Shown: positions 35,929 through 50,074 of the stretch, piece after piece | Numbering within the stretch: position 1 is the stretch's first letter | Layout: every line of letters begins with the position of its first letter | DNA from: Lama guanicoe | Taxonomy: Eukaryota | Reading direction: 5' to 3' | Assembly: GCA_013239625.1 (NCBI GenBank) | Contig: MU054212.1 | Span: forward strand, 7,663,039-7,726,269 | Length of the DNA: 63,231 nt | Made by a program: the position numbers and the translations under genes | The notes under the pieces: model-generated | What the model saw: the letters and a program-made list of their open reading frames with translations, nothing else | Told to the model about the DNA's origin: nothing | Databases searched by the model: none

Positions 35929-36420
35929 TATAGTAGGCATAAAAGGGTCCCCAAAGATGTCCACACCCTAATCCATGGAATCTATGAATATGTTCTATTA
36001 TATGGCAAGGAGAGGTTAAGGTTGTAGATGGAATGGGTTTGCTAATCAGTGGGGGAGATTATTTTGGATTATCCGGGTGGGCCCAAAGTAATCACAAGGG
36101 TCTCCAGGAATGAAAGACAGAAGCAGAAGTGCCCAAGTTGGAGTGATTTAATGTCAAAGCCCCACCCATCGCTGCTGGCTTGGAAGGTGGAGGTCGGGGC
36201 CCTGCGCTCAAGGAGCATTGACAGCCTCTAGAAAGTAGAAAAGAAAATGGATTCTCCTCTCTAGGCTCCAGAAGGAACACAATCTTGCTGACACCTCAAT
36301 TTAAGCCCAATGAAACATCCCTGACTTCTGACCTCCAGAATTATAAGACAATACATCTGTGCTGTTTTAAGCCACACACTTAATTTGGTAATTTAATACA
36401 GCAGTAATTAGAAACGAACA
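35929..36420 (+). mobile_element. MaLR solo LTR (MLT1D/C-like)
   Basis: ccccaaagatgtccacaccctaatcc...gattatccgggtgggccc...ctccagaaggaacac...ttctgacctccagaattataaga...ttttaagccac. Confidence 0.9.
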
Positions 36421-37823
36421 TAATCTTATAACATTTTTAGAACTTGGTATTTTTTAACAAAGATAAATTTTCACTGAAAAAAAAATCACCAACTTAAAAA
36501 AAAGCTAACAAAATATGTCTATGATCAAATATTAAATCAAAGTAGGAAATTCTAAAAAAAATCACATAACTCTTAAAATTCTTAATTACTTAAATCTGAG
36601 GTTTTAGCTATCCATTTATTTACTTTAAAAATAGTTGATTATCCTAGAGATTTGACGGCCCCATCCATTTTTCATGTCCCATTATTCAAACGGGCAGTGA
36701 TCTTGAACTTGGAACATGAAAAGCCTATTTTTCTCTCATTGCTTTAGCAAATTTTTCTGTAAGTGCCTGGAAAACTTATTGCTGCTTCCTTCAGTATTAA
36801 CAGACTCAAAGCCTTTAACACATTTTGCCATCTGTATGATTTCCTGTTCATTGTTCTCAGAAGAAGACAAATCATTCTGAATATAATGAGAGAAGTGAGA
36901 TTTGACCTTCAAGTTGGTAGACTTTCAAAGCTGTTGTTCTTCGTGGAAGGTAAAGGGGCTAAGGCATGGGCATTTGCTTGGAGCCCACTTCTGAGAGGGT
37001 TCTGGAATGTGGGTGGCGTTAGCTCTGACAAGCCAAACTTCTCTAGGAAACAGAGATCCTCAGATTTGAGAAGCCCTGAGCTGGCATATTTCGCTGACTT
37101 TACATTCAGCACAAAAACACAGTAAGAAAAATGTGAAAGGACACCTCTGTGGAAAATGCTAGCACCAAACTCATAGGATAGAGCACGTCTGAGCTGAGTC
37201 TCTGATAAGACAGACATTCTCCTGACTCTCAAAAACTTTCAGGCATCAGGTAGAAGAAACGAGGGTTGCCACCCACTTTGGGTCTGCTTAATATCGTTTG
37301 CCAGGTTGAAGACAGATTCGGGAGACATTTTTCTGTGATTTCAAGGGAAAAAAAAATACCCACAGTAAGGCATTGTTCTCTGCCCACCCTCACATACACA
37401 AATTAGTGTGATCACATGCCCACAAGCAACACAGCAACCAGGCCAAAAATAAAATTGGACAGATTGGAAAATGCAGAGACAAACACAATCCTTTCAATCG
37501 AGATTTTAGGCAACAGTAATAAGGTGAACATTTGTCATCTAAATCTTTCATGAGTCGTTAGGTTTGGATAAACGCATAACCATTCATGAGTTCGGTCACA
37601 TGTGTACTGGTAGGTTACTGGGCACCATTACACGCAGCCCACAGTGACACGCACATGGTCCTAGGTCTTGGGGTCTAACCAGAGGACAAGTTAGACGAAT
37701 GTTACACTACAGAGTGGTAAGAGTTACTTAAGACATGCAGGCAGAGAGGTGTTATTGAAGCAGAGAAGCACCTTCTTATATCATGAGAAGGAACATTTGT
37801 TACTTTTTTTGCTGTTCAGTGTC

Positions 37824-38779
37824 TGTCTTAGTTTGAGTTCCTGTGGAAGCTGACCTTGAGGAAAAGATTCAAGTACGAAGTGATTATGTGGGAAGTAAAA
37901 GAAACCTTGGGGAGGGGAGTCGGATCAGAGAAAGGAAGGCAGCCAATAAAGGGTATGTGATCAAGCCAGCCGCCAGTGAGAGATGAAGGAGCGTCCCACT
38001 TGGAAATTCTAGGAAATGGGATAAAACACACATCTCATTGTTATCCCACTCAGGGAGAGAGGGAAGAAAGAGGGAGTTCCTAACGGTCCCTGGCTGGGGC
38101 CTTCTCCTGAGGCACCCCACACCCCAGGACTTCTGGCCAGCCCAGTGAATGAGCAGAGCCCCCTTTACTGGCTTTGGAAATAGGTGCCGAGTAAAGACAC
38201 TGGCAGTGGGATGTTGGACTCAGCCAGAGCACACGGAAGGAGGAAGGTTCAAGGATATTGTTGCCAAATGCCAGGAATGAAAGTTCCTGTGCCCGACGCA
38301 GCCTGAGGCCAAACAAATCGAAACGGTGAAGTTTGGAGGAGAGAAAGGTTCACTGCAAGGCCGAGGGAGGAGGATGGAGTGGCTCAAGTCCAAGAAAACC
38401 ACAAACTCCCAGGAGGGTTTCAGCAAAGCATATTTAAAGGCGAGGTGAGAGAGGAGGGTCACAGGGTGTGTGATCAGCTCGTGCACAATTCTCCGATTGG
38501 TTGATGTTGAGGAAACAGGGTGGTCAACACTATCAACACCTAGGGGCCTGAAGGTCTGGGGGTCCCCTGCTCTCATCATCAAGTAGTTAATTTCTTCCCT
38601 TTGGTGGTGGTTTTTAGCATCTGAAAAACTCAGGAAATATACATGAGACACTGTTACCACCTGAGAACTTCAGAGAGGAGCTGCAGCAGAGGACATGGGG
38701 GAGAGGTCTGCCCTGGGAAGCCCCACAGGCTCCGGCTCAGTTATAGTATAAGTGAGGCACCTACAGTTTTCTCCTATAG
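37824..38779 (-). mobile_element. ERV-L class solo LTR (LTR33-like), split by a nested LTR
   Basis: tgtcttagtttgagttcctgtggaagctgaccttgagg...aaggatat | aagtgaggcacctacag. Similar to 262-752. Confidence 0.7.
38259..38745 (-). mobile_element. ERV1-type solo LTR nested in the older LTR
   Basis: Ends tgttgcc...ctcagttata (TG...CA decayed), with 4-bp flanks atat (38255-38258) and gtat (38746-38749). Confidence 0.75.
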
Positions 38780-39048
38780 CATCTGAACTACTTACTAAGC
38801 TTGGACAATTCCCAATTTTAGGGCCCTTGGTAGGAAACAGAGACTCCCTAGCATTACAGAAATGGAATGTGAAATGCTCGCCTCCCTCGTAGCTCGGCAC
38901 AGGCGTAGCGGCCAGGCTCGGCCAACCAGACATACCTGAGGAATTTAAGCAGGAGGCTCAGCAGAACTCTCTCCTTCTATCAGAGATGATGAGACTCATT
39001 TATCAAAATCAAATTTAGCACGTCAAGCAGATGGCTTTTCCCCACACA

Positions 39049-40150
39049 CAAGGCCAGCTACAAAATTTGTAGGACCCAGCGCAAAGTGAAAATACGGCCT
39101 TTAGTTCAAAAAGTGAAGTGCCCTTAGAAGTCCATGTAAAGCAATTTTCCTGTCTTTTGCGCTCTTTCTCTCTTTGTCCTTCTCTTGACTTAAATACTTT
39201 TTTATTTGCCATTTAATGTCATTCTAAATACAGTCAAATGAAAATGTTAAATTTTTAGCATAAATTTTACCATTCATATTTATATTGTCATACTTAGTTT
39301 TAAATGCAAATTATCAGTGCATTTAAGTTGTATATGACTTCAACAAAATGATAAAATTTGTATTCTGTGGCTCAACCCAGAGGGTGCCCTGAGCTGGCCA
39401 AAGAGACAAATCTGTGCCAGAACCAGGAAATGTGGCAGGAGGAGGAGAGGAGCCCTCCAGTCAAAGGGCTTGACGTGAGGACCCTCAGAGCCACCCGGGG
39501 GACCTGCCTCCCCACAAGGGGCACGTGTGCTCCTTCCAGCCTTAGGACATCCAGGATCCCCATGTATCAGCCTCAATCCATGCACTGCAGCCCAGGGAGG
39601 GGTCTGGCAAAGTCTAGCAGTCATCTCCCTTTTCCCCAGGCCAGTCACCTCAAGCCACACAAATGGGTGAAACCCAGTGTCTCTAAAGTTCCCCACTGAG
39701 AAGCACTAAGCACCTGGATTCAAGGCGGGCTATGTGCCAGGCTAACCACCAAACACGCCTTGGTGCTACTAGCCCGGGTGGGGACAGCCGTCACCATTCC
39801 CAGCCCCAAGATACGGCAGGATGTACATATCCAACACTGCCCTTTCTTATGGCCACACGTAGGCTCCTTCTAGGGGCCGACGCCAGATGGACCTGGGGCA
39901 CCGGAGGGCTGGGGAGCAAGTGGCAGAGAACCTGTTCTCGTGAGGAGGGGGAAGGCAGGACTGCAGGGGAGCAAAAGCTGAAGGTAAACACAGTGCTTGA
40001 TACCCTGTCTGATCAGCCCTCACTTGTAAAACATAAATTACAAAACAGAGTTGCTAAGAATATCAGGACAGCAGTGGAAGAGCGTTAAACCCCATGTGTG
40101 GGGCCCTTCAGAGCATGTCTACTGGACACACACCCACGAAGCTGGCTCTT
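39049..40150 (+). mobile_element. MER45-family hAT-Tip100 DNA transposon
   Basis: Ends caaggccagctacaaaatttgtaggacccagcgcaaagtgaaaat and cccacgaagctggctct form an imperfect TIR matching recalled MER45 termini. Confidence 0.75.
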
Positions 40151-40279
40151 TGTACACACGCAGCTCCCTTGACCATAAAAGCTTCTTGAAAGAATAACTC
40201 ACATTCATTATCTCTTCCTCTCCTTTCTCATTTGTATCTCAATTCATTGTATCAGGCTTCCATCTCCAAAACCAGAAGT

Positions 40280-40441
40280 TAACCAGGCTTTGTGGGACCT
40301 AAAGCATATACAGTTTTGAGTCCAACTTTAAGAAGACAGATTACAAAAAAATGAACATGAGATAAGGAATAGGAAGGGCAACTTGCATTTGAATGGTTTT
40401 GGTACTGAAACTCCATTAGCTTCATAGTAAATCCTCCTCTG
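40280..40441. mobile_element. MER53-like hAT element
   Basis: ccaggctttgtgggacctaaagcatatacagtttt...ttagcttcatagtaaatcctcctctg. Confidence 0.7.
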
Positions 40442-40734
40442 CCCACAGTTTCTAACTGCTCCCCTAACCCATTTTCCCTCCAATTACCTAACGGACAAAT
40501 CTGAGCCTGAGTCTTATTTGATTTCTCCCCTGTAATTGACATGGATATCATTGACCACTTGTGCCCTGAAATCCTCCAAGCTGGCTTCTAAGACATCAAC
40601 TATCTTCTGATTAATTCATTCATCGTCTTTCACTGGCTTTCTCTTCTCAATTTCTTACACCTATGGTACCTGGATAACTTAGTATAAATGTTCATTTTTA
40701 AAGGAAAGACATTGCTTAAAACCATGATAATTAT

Positions 40735-40785
40735 ATTTATATACACATACATATATATATATACACACACACATACACATATATA
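40735..40785. repeat. (TA)n/(CA)n microsatellite
   Basis: Read directly. Confidence 0.85.
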
Positions 40786-42781
40786 GAAGTGCTTTGTAAA
40801 TTGTGAAGCACTATATAAATATGAAATATTATTATTACTAGGTGATTGATTCTACAATTTGTTCAGCACTTTATCTTGATTTTCTAAATGATCTTTTTAT
40901 ATCCTAAAAGAAATATGCATGGAAGGGATTCACGCAAGCTGCAGAAATGACTTTGTGATTTATACAGTATTTTTATGTGTTTTACATATTCTGTATTCCC
41001 CATTCCAAAATAAATAACACTGAAAAATTAAGGGAATGACATTTATTGTGTGTATATCTCTGTTTCTCTTGTTATATGAGTGAAATTTTTATTTTTATGG
41101 AAATTAGTTGCATGAAACTCAAGCAAAAGTATCTAACTGTGGCAGATATATTTCCCTAACCAGAAATGAATCTCTCCAAAAGAAAAACCAACTAAAACAC
41201 AAGATTTCTTTTTCCTTATCTGAGTTTGCTCTTTTATGCCACTCAAAAAAATTTCATCTTGCTATAAATTATTTTTATGTTGAATTTTTTTGTGTAGTTT
41301 TGTCTCTGCATTAATAAAAATCAACCCACCTGAAAGCAGAGATAACAAAAAATCTTATTATCTCCTTGTCTCAAAGTTAATCACAGTTTCAAAAACAATC
41401 GCCACTATATTAAAAACCCACTTAGGTTTACGAAGGACTTCATATAAGATAATAAAAACATGCTTCATGGCTAAGATATTAATTACCAAAAGGAAAATGA
41501 CAGTTTCCTATTTTAACTGTGATTTATTTTTCCTCTAAAGAGTGGACTAGACATTCATGATCTTCATGTTTGTAAATCCATCATTTTAACTGAGAAAGCA
41601 AGTTTCTGCGGTATTCTTTTAAAAATTATTATTAAGCCTCTTAAGAGTGGAAAAGCAAGTTTTCATGGCAAAACATTCTTTTTAACATTTCCATTAAGCC
41701 TTCTACTGCCTTATTACATGTTTTGTTCAGATTTTGTTCTTGTTTTTCCATCAGGGAGAAAAAAAATTCTATTGGTTTCCTTAAAACAGTAAATTTTCCA
41801 GAGATACCTGGCTTCAATGTCTGTCTTGTTCATCTCTAGCCCATAAAATAATGAATCATGTTTCCATAATACCCATATGAGCATGGTCACTTCCTTAAAA
41901 AACTCAGTGAGTTTGGGAACTCTATTACAGAATAATAACAAAGAGAATTTAACAGCAATGGTAGCTATTAAGATTTCAAATTATGTTTCTGTTCTTTAAC
42001 AAGCCCATTTTGGGTAGCACCATCATGCCAACTGTATTGCATTAAATTCTGAAAACGTCAAGATTTTCCAAGCACAGTGAACTTAACAAGTGTAGCTCTG
42101 GTACCCTTAGACGGGCACAGACAACTTAGCAAAGATGCAAAAACATCACTTCTCGTAACGCTGGAATAATCTCTGGGCTTCACCAGAATAACTATGCACA
42201 TTTAGTGGTCCCTCCACTGCAAAACTGCCAGCAGAACTGAGGCTATGTCTGTAGCTGATAATAACAGAGCTCAAGAGGACTGGAGCGCCTAGTTTTCCTA
42301 AGTTGAAGAATAATACCCAGCTTCCAAACAAATACTTCAACCCTTTCTTTCTAGAAAGCATGAATTGACCTTGCAAAAAATTCCTTGTACTAGAGAGAAA
42401 GGCTGACAAAATTATCAAAGAATTTTGGTTCAACATTTATCTGTAGTGTCTAGAAAAAGTAATCTTTTAATTTGCCTAATCAATCAATTATGCAACAAAT
42501 AATCATTGAACCCCTATCAGGTATACGGTCACACTGTAAACATATTTAAGTTAGAGAAATTCGACTCTATACATCAAACATTAAATATCATCCTAGCATA
42601 TAAACCCATGGAGGGCATTTAAGGAGGTTAAACTTGGCACCTAAAATGCAAACATCTCATCTGTTCTGCAGCCAATCACCTGTCCCAAAGCTGCAGGAAA
42701 AGTTGACTGTGCTGGCATTATTGAAAGATGTTACATCTGCCTTCTGAGTTTTCATTAGTGATGTAAAGACATTTAAGTCAT

Positions 42782-42968
42782 TTTTTAATATATGGTAGTA
42801 TATATCTGTTAATACCAAATTCCTAGTTTATCCCTCCTCCCATTCCCCTTTGGTAACCACAAGTTTGTTTTCTATGTCTGTGAATCTATTTCTGTTTTGT
42901 AAATAAGTTCATTTGCATCATTTTTCAAGATTCCGCATATAAGTGGTATCATATGGTATTTGTCTTTA
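42782..42968 (-). mobile_element. LINE-1 3' UTR fragment (antisense)
   Basis: cccctttggtaaccacaagtttgttttctatgtctgtga...tgtaaataagttcatttg...gattccgcatataagtg. Confidence 0.9.
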
Positions 42969-43399
42969 TCTTTTCTTGCATTTTATAGTTCATCAAAAAC
43001 ACACGGTCAGTTTTTGAAACTTATGTAGGTAACAGAAATGACACCATGAATGATACAGCATTATAGAGTAAATTTTATCACAGTAGCCTGTTCAGCCTTG
43101 TCTGAAATGATGAAATTAGCTGAATAGTTCCCAAATCTTATTTATTTTGTGCCTTGTATATAAATGCTGCTTTTTTTCTTCCTTCTACAGGTCTTAAAAA
43201 TAAAAATAGGACAGTCATGCTTTTCTTTAAAATAATCCACCTTTGATCCTAGTAAGTTAGGAAAGCCTGGGTTAACATTAATTTTAAGAACATTAATACA
43301 TGAAGGTTTTTGTTATTTTGAAATCTAATTTTGATGTTGGAAAGGCTTCTAGGGAAGAGGAGTCACAGAGACAGAAATCCACATTGGATAAGATGGAAA

Positions 43400-43738
43400 A
43401 TATCTCATTCTTCTCATCCTCCAACCTGGTGAATTTTAACAGCTCCTTTAACGCTCAGCCAAGCATTAAAGTGTCCTCTCGAGGACACTCACCTTTACCT
43501 CCTCCTCCTTACCAGGGGCTTTGCCTTACCAACATGTACCTATGGCATCCAGAATATACCTCTAGCATGACGTTTCTCATTCTATCTTACAATTGCTTGT
43601 TTATAGTTCTGCTTTTCATCCCAGGGTATGGCCTCCCTGAGAGTGGAGAGCATCTTATTTATTGTTCTCTGTCAGTAACTAGTATATTATCTACCGCAGT
43701 AGGAATGCAATAAACGGTTGCTGAATAAATCAATGAAG
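43400..43738 (+). mobile_element. L2 3' end
   Basis: cagctcctttaacgctcagc...ctccctgagagtggagagcatctt...caataaacggttgctgaataaat. Confidence 0.65.
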
Positions 43739-44149
43739 GAACCCTGGTACCATTTTACAGATAAAGGAACTGATGGCAAAGACATAATCCTGCAAACATG
43801 CCTGCTATAAATCCACAATTATAACAATAAATATATAATAATCTGCATAATTTTACAAAACTATTTTGTCCTTGGAGTGGAAGCAAAAATTCGCTTTTAC
43901 TTAAACATTCAGCAACAATGATACTCAAAGTCAGAAATTAACCTACGGATCTTGACTTGATAGTTCATTTAGACAAACATGAAATTTATTCAACGTCATT
44001 ACAGTAATATGGTCTTAAAATGTTGGATTTCTGCAGAAGTTCTAGCTGTTTAACTTGGATGATTTATTAAATTTCTCTGAACCTAGATTTTCTTTACCCC
44101 TGATTTCTTTCTTTAACTTGTCCCTCCCCTGAAAAAAAAACTGTAAGGA

Positions 44150-45625
44150 TTAAATTTGGGCCTTAGATGATAAAATTAAAAAAATTTTTAATCCTCAAAA
44201 ACAGAAAAGGAAGTAAAAAAATGCAGACCCTATTGGTGGCATAACTGTATAAAGGAACTGTTCCAAACGACATTAAAAACACTGTAATTTCACTGCCTAT
44301 TGAGATATAATTTTAGGATTAAAAAAAAAGTTAAAAGAAAAAAATCTTAAACTCTTCCCATCAATCATATTGTTGGTAGCAGTGCTGGTAGCTGGCAGGA
44401 TGGCATTGCTATTCTGGAATAGTTATATGTGGGTTGTGGAATAAACCAACTGAGTAATTATGTGATATTCTAGTTACAGTCCTGGTGTGGTTGTAAACCT
44501 GAATTATCTATCTTACTGTGGGGAGCAAAAGTGGCGCAGATAGAAGATGTAAGGCAAAGATAAAATAAATTTTAAAATTAAAAAAAATGTTTATAACACA
44601 AACTGAAATAAAAAAACCTGTAGTCTTGAAAGCGATTAGATGTATCAATAGAATTCATGATGAAACACTGTATACTTGTATTATATTTGTGTGTGCATTA
44701 TTCACTCACTTTAGCACTTGAGAAAAATTGAAAACAACGAACCCAGGAGCAACGAGCACCCTTAGCACCCAGACTGTGGTCTCCCAATACATTTCCCGCT
44801 AAAAGGAAACAGAGATCCTTAGAGAAATGGCTAATTCCAGATCTTCAGTAGGCAAAGTATAAAAGTAATCTGAAGCATCTTGCCATATCAGATGGATTCA
44901 CAAGGAAGCTATCTATCAGCATCTACTATGGTCATGTCAATAAGGACTCAGGAGTCAGCTTAAAGAGGTAAAAACTGGCCAAACATGGTCTATGTTTAGC
45001 TTCAAAAATGATAATAATTATTGTGGATAGAGAAACCAAGAGTGGTTAAATTCCTGCATTCATAAGTGTGTTTTTAAAAAAAAAGAGGAAACCTAGTTGG
45101 TCACCAGAGAATGACGAAGAATCAACTCATTATTTTGAACATTAGTAGATGAAAGGGAACAAACCAAGCATTTATCCCACGTATCCTATATAAGTCGTAC
45201 CATAGGGCAAAACCAAATAAGAGATGAAGAGAATAAATCTTTATAAAAGTGTCCCAAATTAAAAAAAAAGACCAGAAAAAAAATGATAGTTTGATATTTT
45301 TGGAATGTCACCATTTCCTAAACCCCCAGTTGGATGTAGGCACTAAGCATCCATGGTTATTGACATCACCAGAAGAGACACAGCCAGACACTGAGCGCCT
45401 CCGGAGTGAAGAACTCACTATCTTGCCAAGGCAATCCAACCTGCAGCTGATCAAACCTCTAGAGCTACCTTTAACTGACAGGAAATTTATAACACAGAGC
45501 AACATGTTAAACAATTCCACAAGGATACAGTCTGCACAATCCAGTCTATTGCAAAGTCCAGAGAGGCATGCTAACCCATCACAAAATATAATTTACTTAA
45601 GTCCCGATTCAAATAAATGGAAAAA
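44150..45625 (+). mobile_element. Old LINE-1 3' region (L1MC3/4-like)
   Basis: cccaggagcaacgagcacccttagcacccagactgtggtctc...aaaaggaaacagag...agagaaatggctaattccag; tgatcaaacctctagagcta. Confidence 0.75.
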
Positions 45626-48392
45626 GAAAAACACAAGCTATAATGTTGGCTATGAATAATTAAGTAATGGATTAGGTCCAGAATTTCTATTTTCCTGTAT
45701 TAAAAATATACACCCACCCAAGGAAAACGTAACTTTGGTCAGAGTAGTAAGTAATTAGCACGGTCAGTACAAACCACATCCCCAGAAAAATATAGTTTTT
45801 TCTCTTACATTGCCTATGGAATCATTTTATTAGTTATGATAATTTACGTGTTTAATCTTTTCAGTTAATATACCCAGAGGCAATGAAATTGGAGCAGCAA
45901 GAAGGCAGAAATGAATACAATATGATGCATACATCCAGAAGCATTAAAATGCAACTCTATCCTTTGGTTTCTGAAATCAAGTAGGTCAAAATGTTTAAAG
46001 AAAACTATGGAACCTTTGTTTTCCTTTTTGATCACCGACTTTTGTTATAAAATTATAAAAATCATAAATTTGTATTTTTGGTGGGTAAATCTATTGTTCA
46101 CAAAAAGGAATTTTGAACCTTAGATGAACAACTCCCACTTAAAATCAGTTTACTCCAGAGTGTCCAACAGACACTCCTTAGAAGGAATGTTCTATTTTCT
46201 TACATGTCTAGTAAATTACCTCCCTGAATATGGTTCTCTCACAAATCTTGTGGCTTCGAACTTGACAGCTATTGCAATTTCCCAATAACTTATTTAATTA
46301 AAAATAAATATTTCACTCAATGGGTGACTTACTCTGTTTTCTTTGTCGGTAATGAGAAATGTCATCAGATGTCTCTCCTTGCTTTAAGGCTGGATGCCTC
46401 CAGTCTCACCAGACAATCCTGGCAATAGGGCTTCTGGGTTTCCAATGCTGAGCCTCTGGGTATTTCAGGCAAAGGTAATTCTTTGTGATCCTGAGACATC
46501 AACCCAATTTTCACTCCTTCACTTTAAAAGTGTCCTTTGTTACTAGAGGGAAAAAAAAATAGTCATGATTTTCCTACCAGATTCTACTTTGATGCAAGAA
46601 ATAAGTATATACCTCAAAAAGATGCCAAGCTCTTTTTTATTTTGTTCTATAAGGAAATAATGATTCATAGCCACAGCCATGCACTGTCTTCACCTGATTT
46701 GAAATCATCCTTAATTTTGTTTCTTTCATGCTGGGAGCATGGCAAAATTACAATCTTTGCCGGTAAATTAAGTAATTTAAACATTTCTCCTAAGGTCAGA
46801 CCAGCTAACCCTTCTGAAGTCCATTGCAATAATACCTCATTTAAACAAGTAAACCACTTTTTTTCACATTTCGAAGGATCCACTTAAAGCTAATACAATT
46901 TTCTTTTTCTAGGACGGATAGACAGTGGTGCTCTTTTTGATGGCAAAACTGACTAATTCTTCAGTGTGATCATTTTCTCCTTTACAGAATGTATGAAGAG
47001 CTAAAATTTCTCTTAATGAAATATAACCCATCTTTTAAACCCATTATTGCTTATTTACTAAGACTTCACCATTCCGGTGAATGTTTCATTATTTTTAAAG
47101 CTATTAATAAAAAAGAATGAAGAGATTTAACAGAGACAACTAATCAAATATTTACAAACCACATAACTTCTAAGAGTCATGATTCATCAATATCATGACA
47201 GTGTCTGGCACATACGACAGGCTCAAACGATATACTCTGAATGAACATGTGAATTAATATTGTGGCAATTATTGAACTGTATAATATAATGTGTTTTATA
47301 GACAGTGCATTTAGCCAACCACATTGTAGACTCCAGGAGGGACAGAAAAGTGCTTGACTGCTAAAACACGTGGCGTGTAGCAAATAATCAATAAATACTG
47401 CAGGAACAAAAGAAGTAAGTCTCACTTAAGAAAAAATTCTCCATTAATGTTACTTAGACACAATCTTATATTCAGTGCTATCTTTGACTTTATAATTAAC
47501 TTTCATACGATGAAGTGCAATGATTATAACAAACCATTCAGTTTTTTATCAGAAATACACTGCGGCTGTTACAACACTTTTGTATGTTTTTTTAATTTGG
47601 TACTGATCTTTACTACCATTAGGGAGACAAGAAGCATGGTTATGATTTTACACAGAGTAGTCTGTGGAAGCTCCAGGTGGTTGTAGTTGTGTATTTATCT
47701 CTGGTTTCCGAAGTGCCATCCAGCTACACAGCTTCTCCAAGACCTTCAGTACTGGCGATACCCACAACAGAGATCAGCACAGAAGAGCCCACTCAGGGGA
47801 GCTTCTGTTACAGGTCTGGTAGTAGGCAACTAATGCATATTCAGTGAGCTCAATGAATAATAATTATCATCATGGGTTTCCAAAGATTTTGCCGTGGAGA
47901 CACTTAAGATGGAAAACTCAGCTGCAGTCTGAGATCCCTGAAAGATCTTGCAGTTGTCTTTGGGAAGGCCAGCATCCTTAACCTTGCAAAGACGAGATAT
48001 TTGCTACAATCTCTCCTGTAGCAGATGCTCTGCTCTGTCCATATGGAATTTGGTTCATAAGAAAAAGTACAAGTTTGGGTTTTTGGTTTTTTGTTTGCTT
48101 GCTTTTTTTTGTTTTGTTTTGTTTTGGCTCTAGCTCAAGGAAAACAAATCCATAGCAGACCCTCTCTGGCTTCAGGGGTGTTGTCCGTACACTTGAATAC
48201 ACATAGTTTTCACAATTGATGTTGAATAGCATGTACATATTTGCTTCATCTGACAAACTATCAAGTGTTAGAGATGGAAGGATGGCTGAGATCCGGAATT
48301 ACCAAATCCTTAAATCTCCCATCAACTTCTGTAACGCCACGCTGCTGGGTTACTAAGGGGTGCTATGTAGCTCAGAGAACAAACTCACACTG

Positions 48393-48670
48393 CAGTCCTT
48401 CTCAGCAGGTGGTACTTAGATCCCAGGGGGTCCTGGATGCTCTTTCTGGGGGTCCTCGGGATCAAAACTATTTTCATAACAATGCTAACATGTTATTTGC
48501 CTTTCACTGTGTTGACCCCCGCACTGGTGAGACAGAAGCAATGGCTGGGAAAACTATTGTTGCCTTAGAACAAATCAAGGCTGTGGCAGTAAACCATATC
48601 AGCAGTCCCTGTGCCCTTCACTTGCAGTAAAAAAAAAATAAGGCCAGATTCATTTAAGAATGTCCTTGAC
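48393..48670 (+). mobile_element. hAT-Charlie (Charlie4-like) fragment with transposase remnant
   Basis: tcaaaactattttcataacaatgctaa... The peptide CVDPRTGETEAMAGKT...QIKAVA...SSPCALH resembles the hAT TDGA...MxG...HCxxH segment. Confidence 0.75.
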
Positions 48671-49059
48671 TGTTTTTCTAGCAAATGTTCATAGTTATGA
48701 TTCGCTGAAGTTTGGTTACCTAAAGCCTGTCTAATCTCCCGCCCCCGGGAACTGAGTTAGGCCAGGTGTGAGCCTATGGGTTTCCTTCTTCCTCTTTCTG
48801 GGATCCAGCTGTGTTTTCGGATTCTGCTGCTCCGTGAGTGAGGATGGATGTTTGGGTCCATTCACTGCGTGCACCGTGTGGGAGATGCATCTCCAGGCAG
48901 AGAACCGAGCCCAGGTGGAGAGGGCACTGTGCTCTTCCCACAAAAGTCCCGCCCCAGCACACAGGGGGCTCCCAGGGAGTTTCAGAGCTTCTCCCGGCCA
49001 CAGAGGGAAGGAAGGATCCTCAGAACCTCCCTGTCACCCCCATCCACAGTGGATCCTAT

Positions 49060-49180
49060 ACGGATTCCTAGGACCCATCCCATGAGACTCTAAAGGTCTG
49101 AATTAAACTCCAGAATAAGTATTTTTCAACAAGCAGCTCAGAAGATTTTGAAGCTGGCGGTCCCTGGACCACATATGAGA
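49060..49180. mobile_element. MER5-like relic
   Basis: gattcctaggacccatccc...tatttttcaacaagc...gattttga...ggaccacatatgaga. Confidence 0.5.
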
Positions 49181-50074
49181 GGAAGGTACAGGTGAGCTCA
49201 GCGCCAAAGCCTCGGGGATTATCGAGAGTAACTGATCCATTACATCCAGAAAGAACACTTGACTCCTGATTTTATAGAGATCAAGAGGGACATGTGCTGG
49301 GTGCCAGCAGTGTGTGATGATTGATCCGCTTCACTCCAAGAGGAGGAAAAGACGGATTTGTCATTCTGGGACCCTCGCTGGGAGAGTGGGCCCTTGAAAC
49401 AGACTCACTTGGAAAATAAAACTGATGCAAAGTGAATGTTAATTACCCAGTTCCAGAAGGCCTGTCCGTCTTCACTTTTTTGCCCTATCATTTGCTCTGC
49501 TGCACTTACACAAAGTGCCCAGGACAGTAATACCTGACTGCCCTTTAGTCTCTTAAGAGATACACAATTCATTTAACTGCCCAGTGAAATACAAGCCTTG
49601 TCTCTCTTCACAAAGATGCAGAATGACAGTGCAATTGTGGTCAGAACCTAAGTTAGAAAATCATGAGCACTATACTGCATCCCAGTATAATTTGTGTGAC
49701 TGGTTTTTACAAAAGGTTGAGAATCACTATTACCAGGGGTAGGTCTAAATATCAGAGTACCTTATCACAATTAAGCAAATTAGCATTTTGCTCTGAAAAT
49801 CAGCCTTTTGTATTAGGTTACTGTCCAGGACTTTCAGAGTCTAGCAGAAAATCCCTTCTGCTTCTAGGATTTAGCCTCCACCCCCAGCCATCAATCGGCT
49901 CTGTTTATCAGAGTATTCATTCAGTCAGAAGGTTTGCACCCACTGGCGTCAAGGGAAAGAAGCTATTTTCGGCCAGAGCTAGAACTCTTGCCCAGTCGGA
50001 GCCTCTGGCCTTAAGCCCACATTCTAGCCCCACCCTCTACCCCCACCTGAGGATGCTTGGTAATATTAGGGTGC

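Noticed and set aside
39340..40088. GC-rich block with several overlapping ORFs (possible exon or CpG island)
   Set aside because: It lies inside the MER45-family element and the peptides are unrecognisable.
48241..48630. 129-aa ORF as a domesticated hAT transposase
   Set aside because: Only a short degenerate transposase patch within a non-autonomous Charlie relic; the catalytic-region motifs are mutated.
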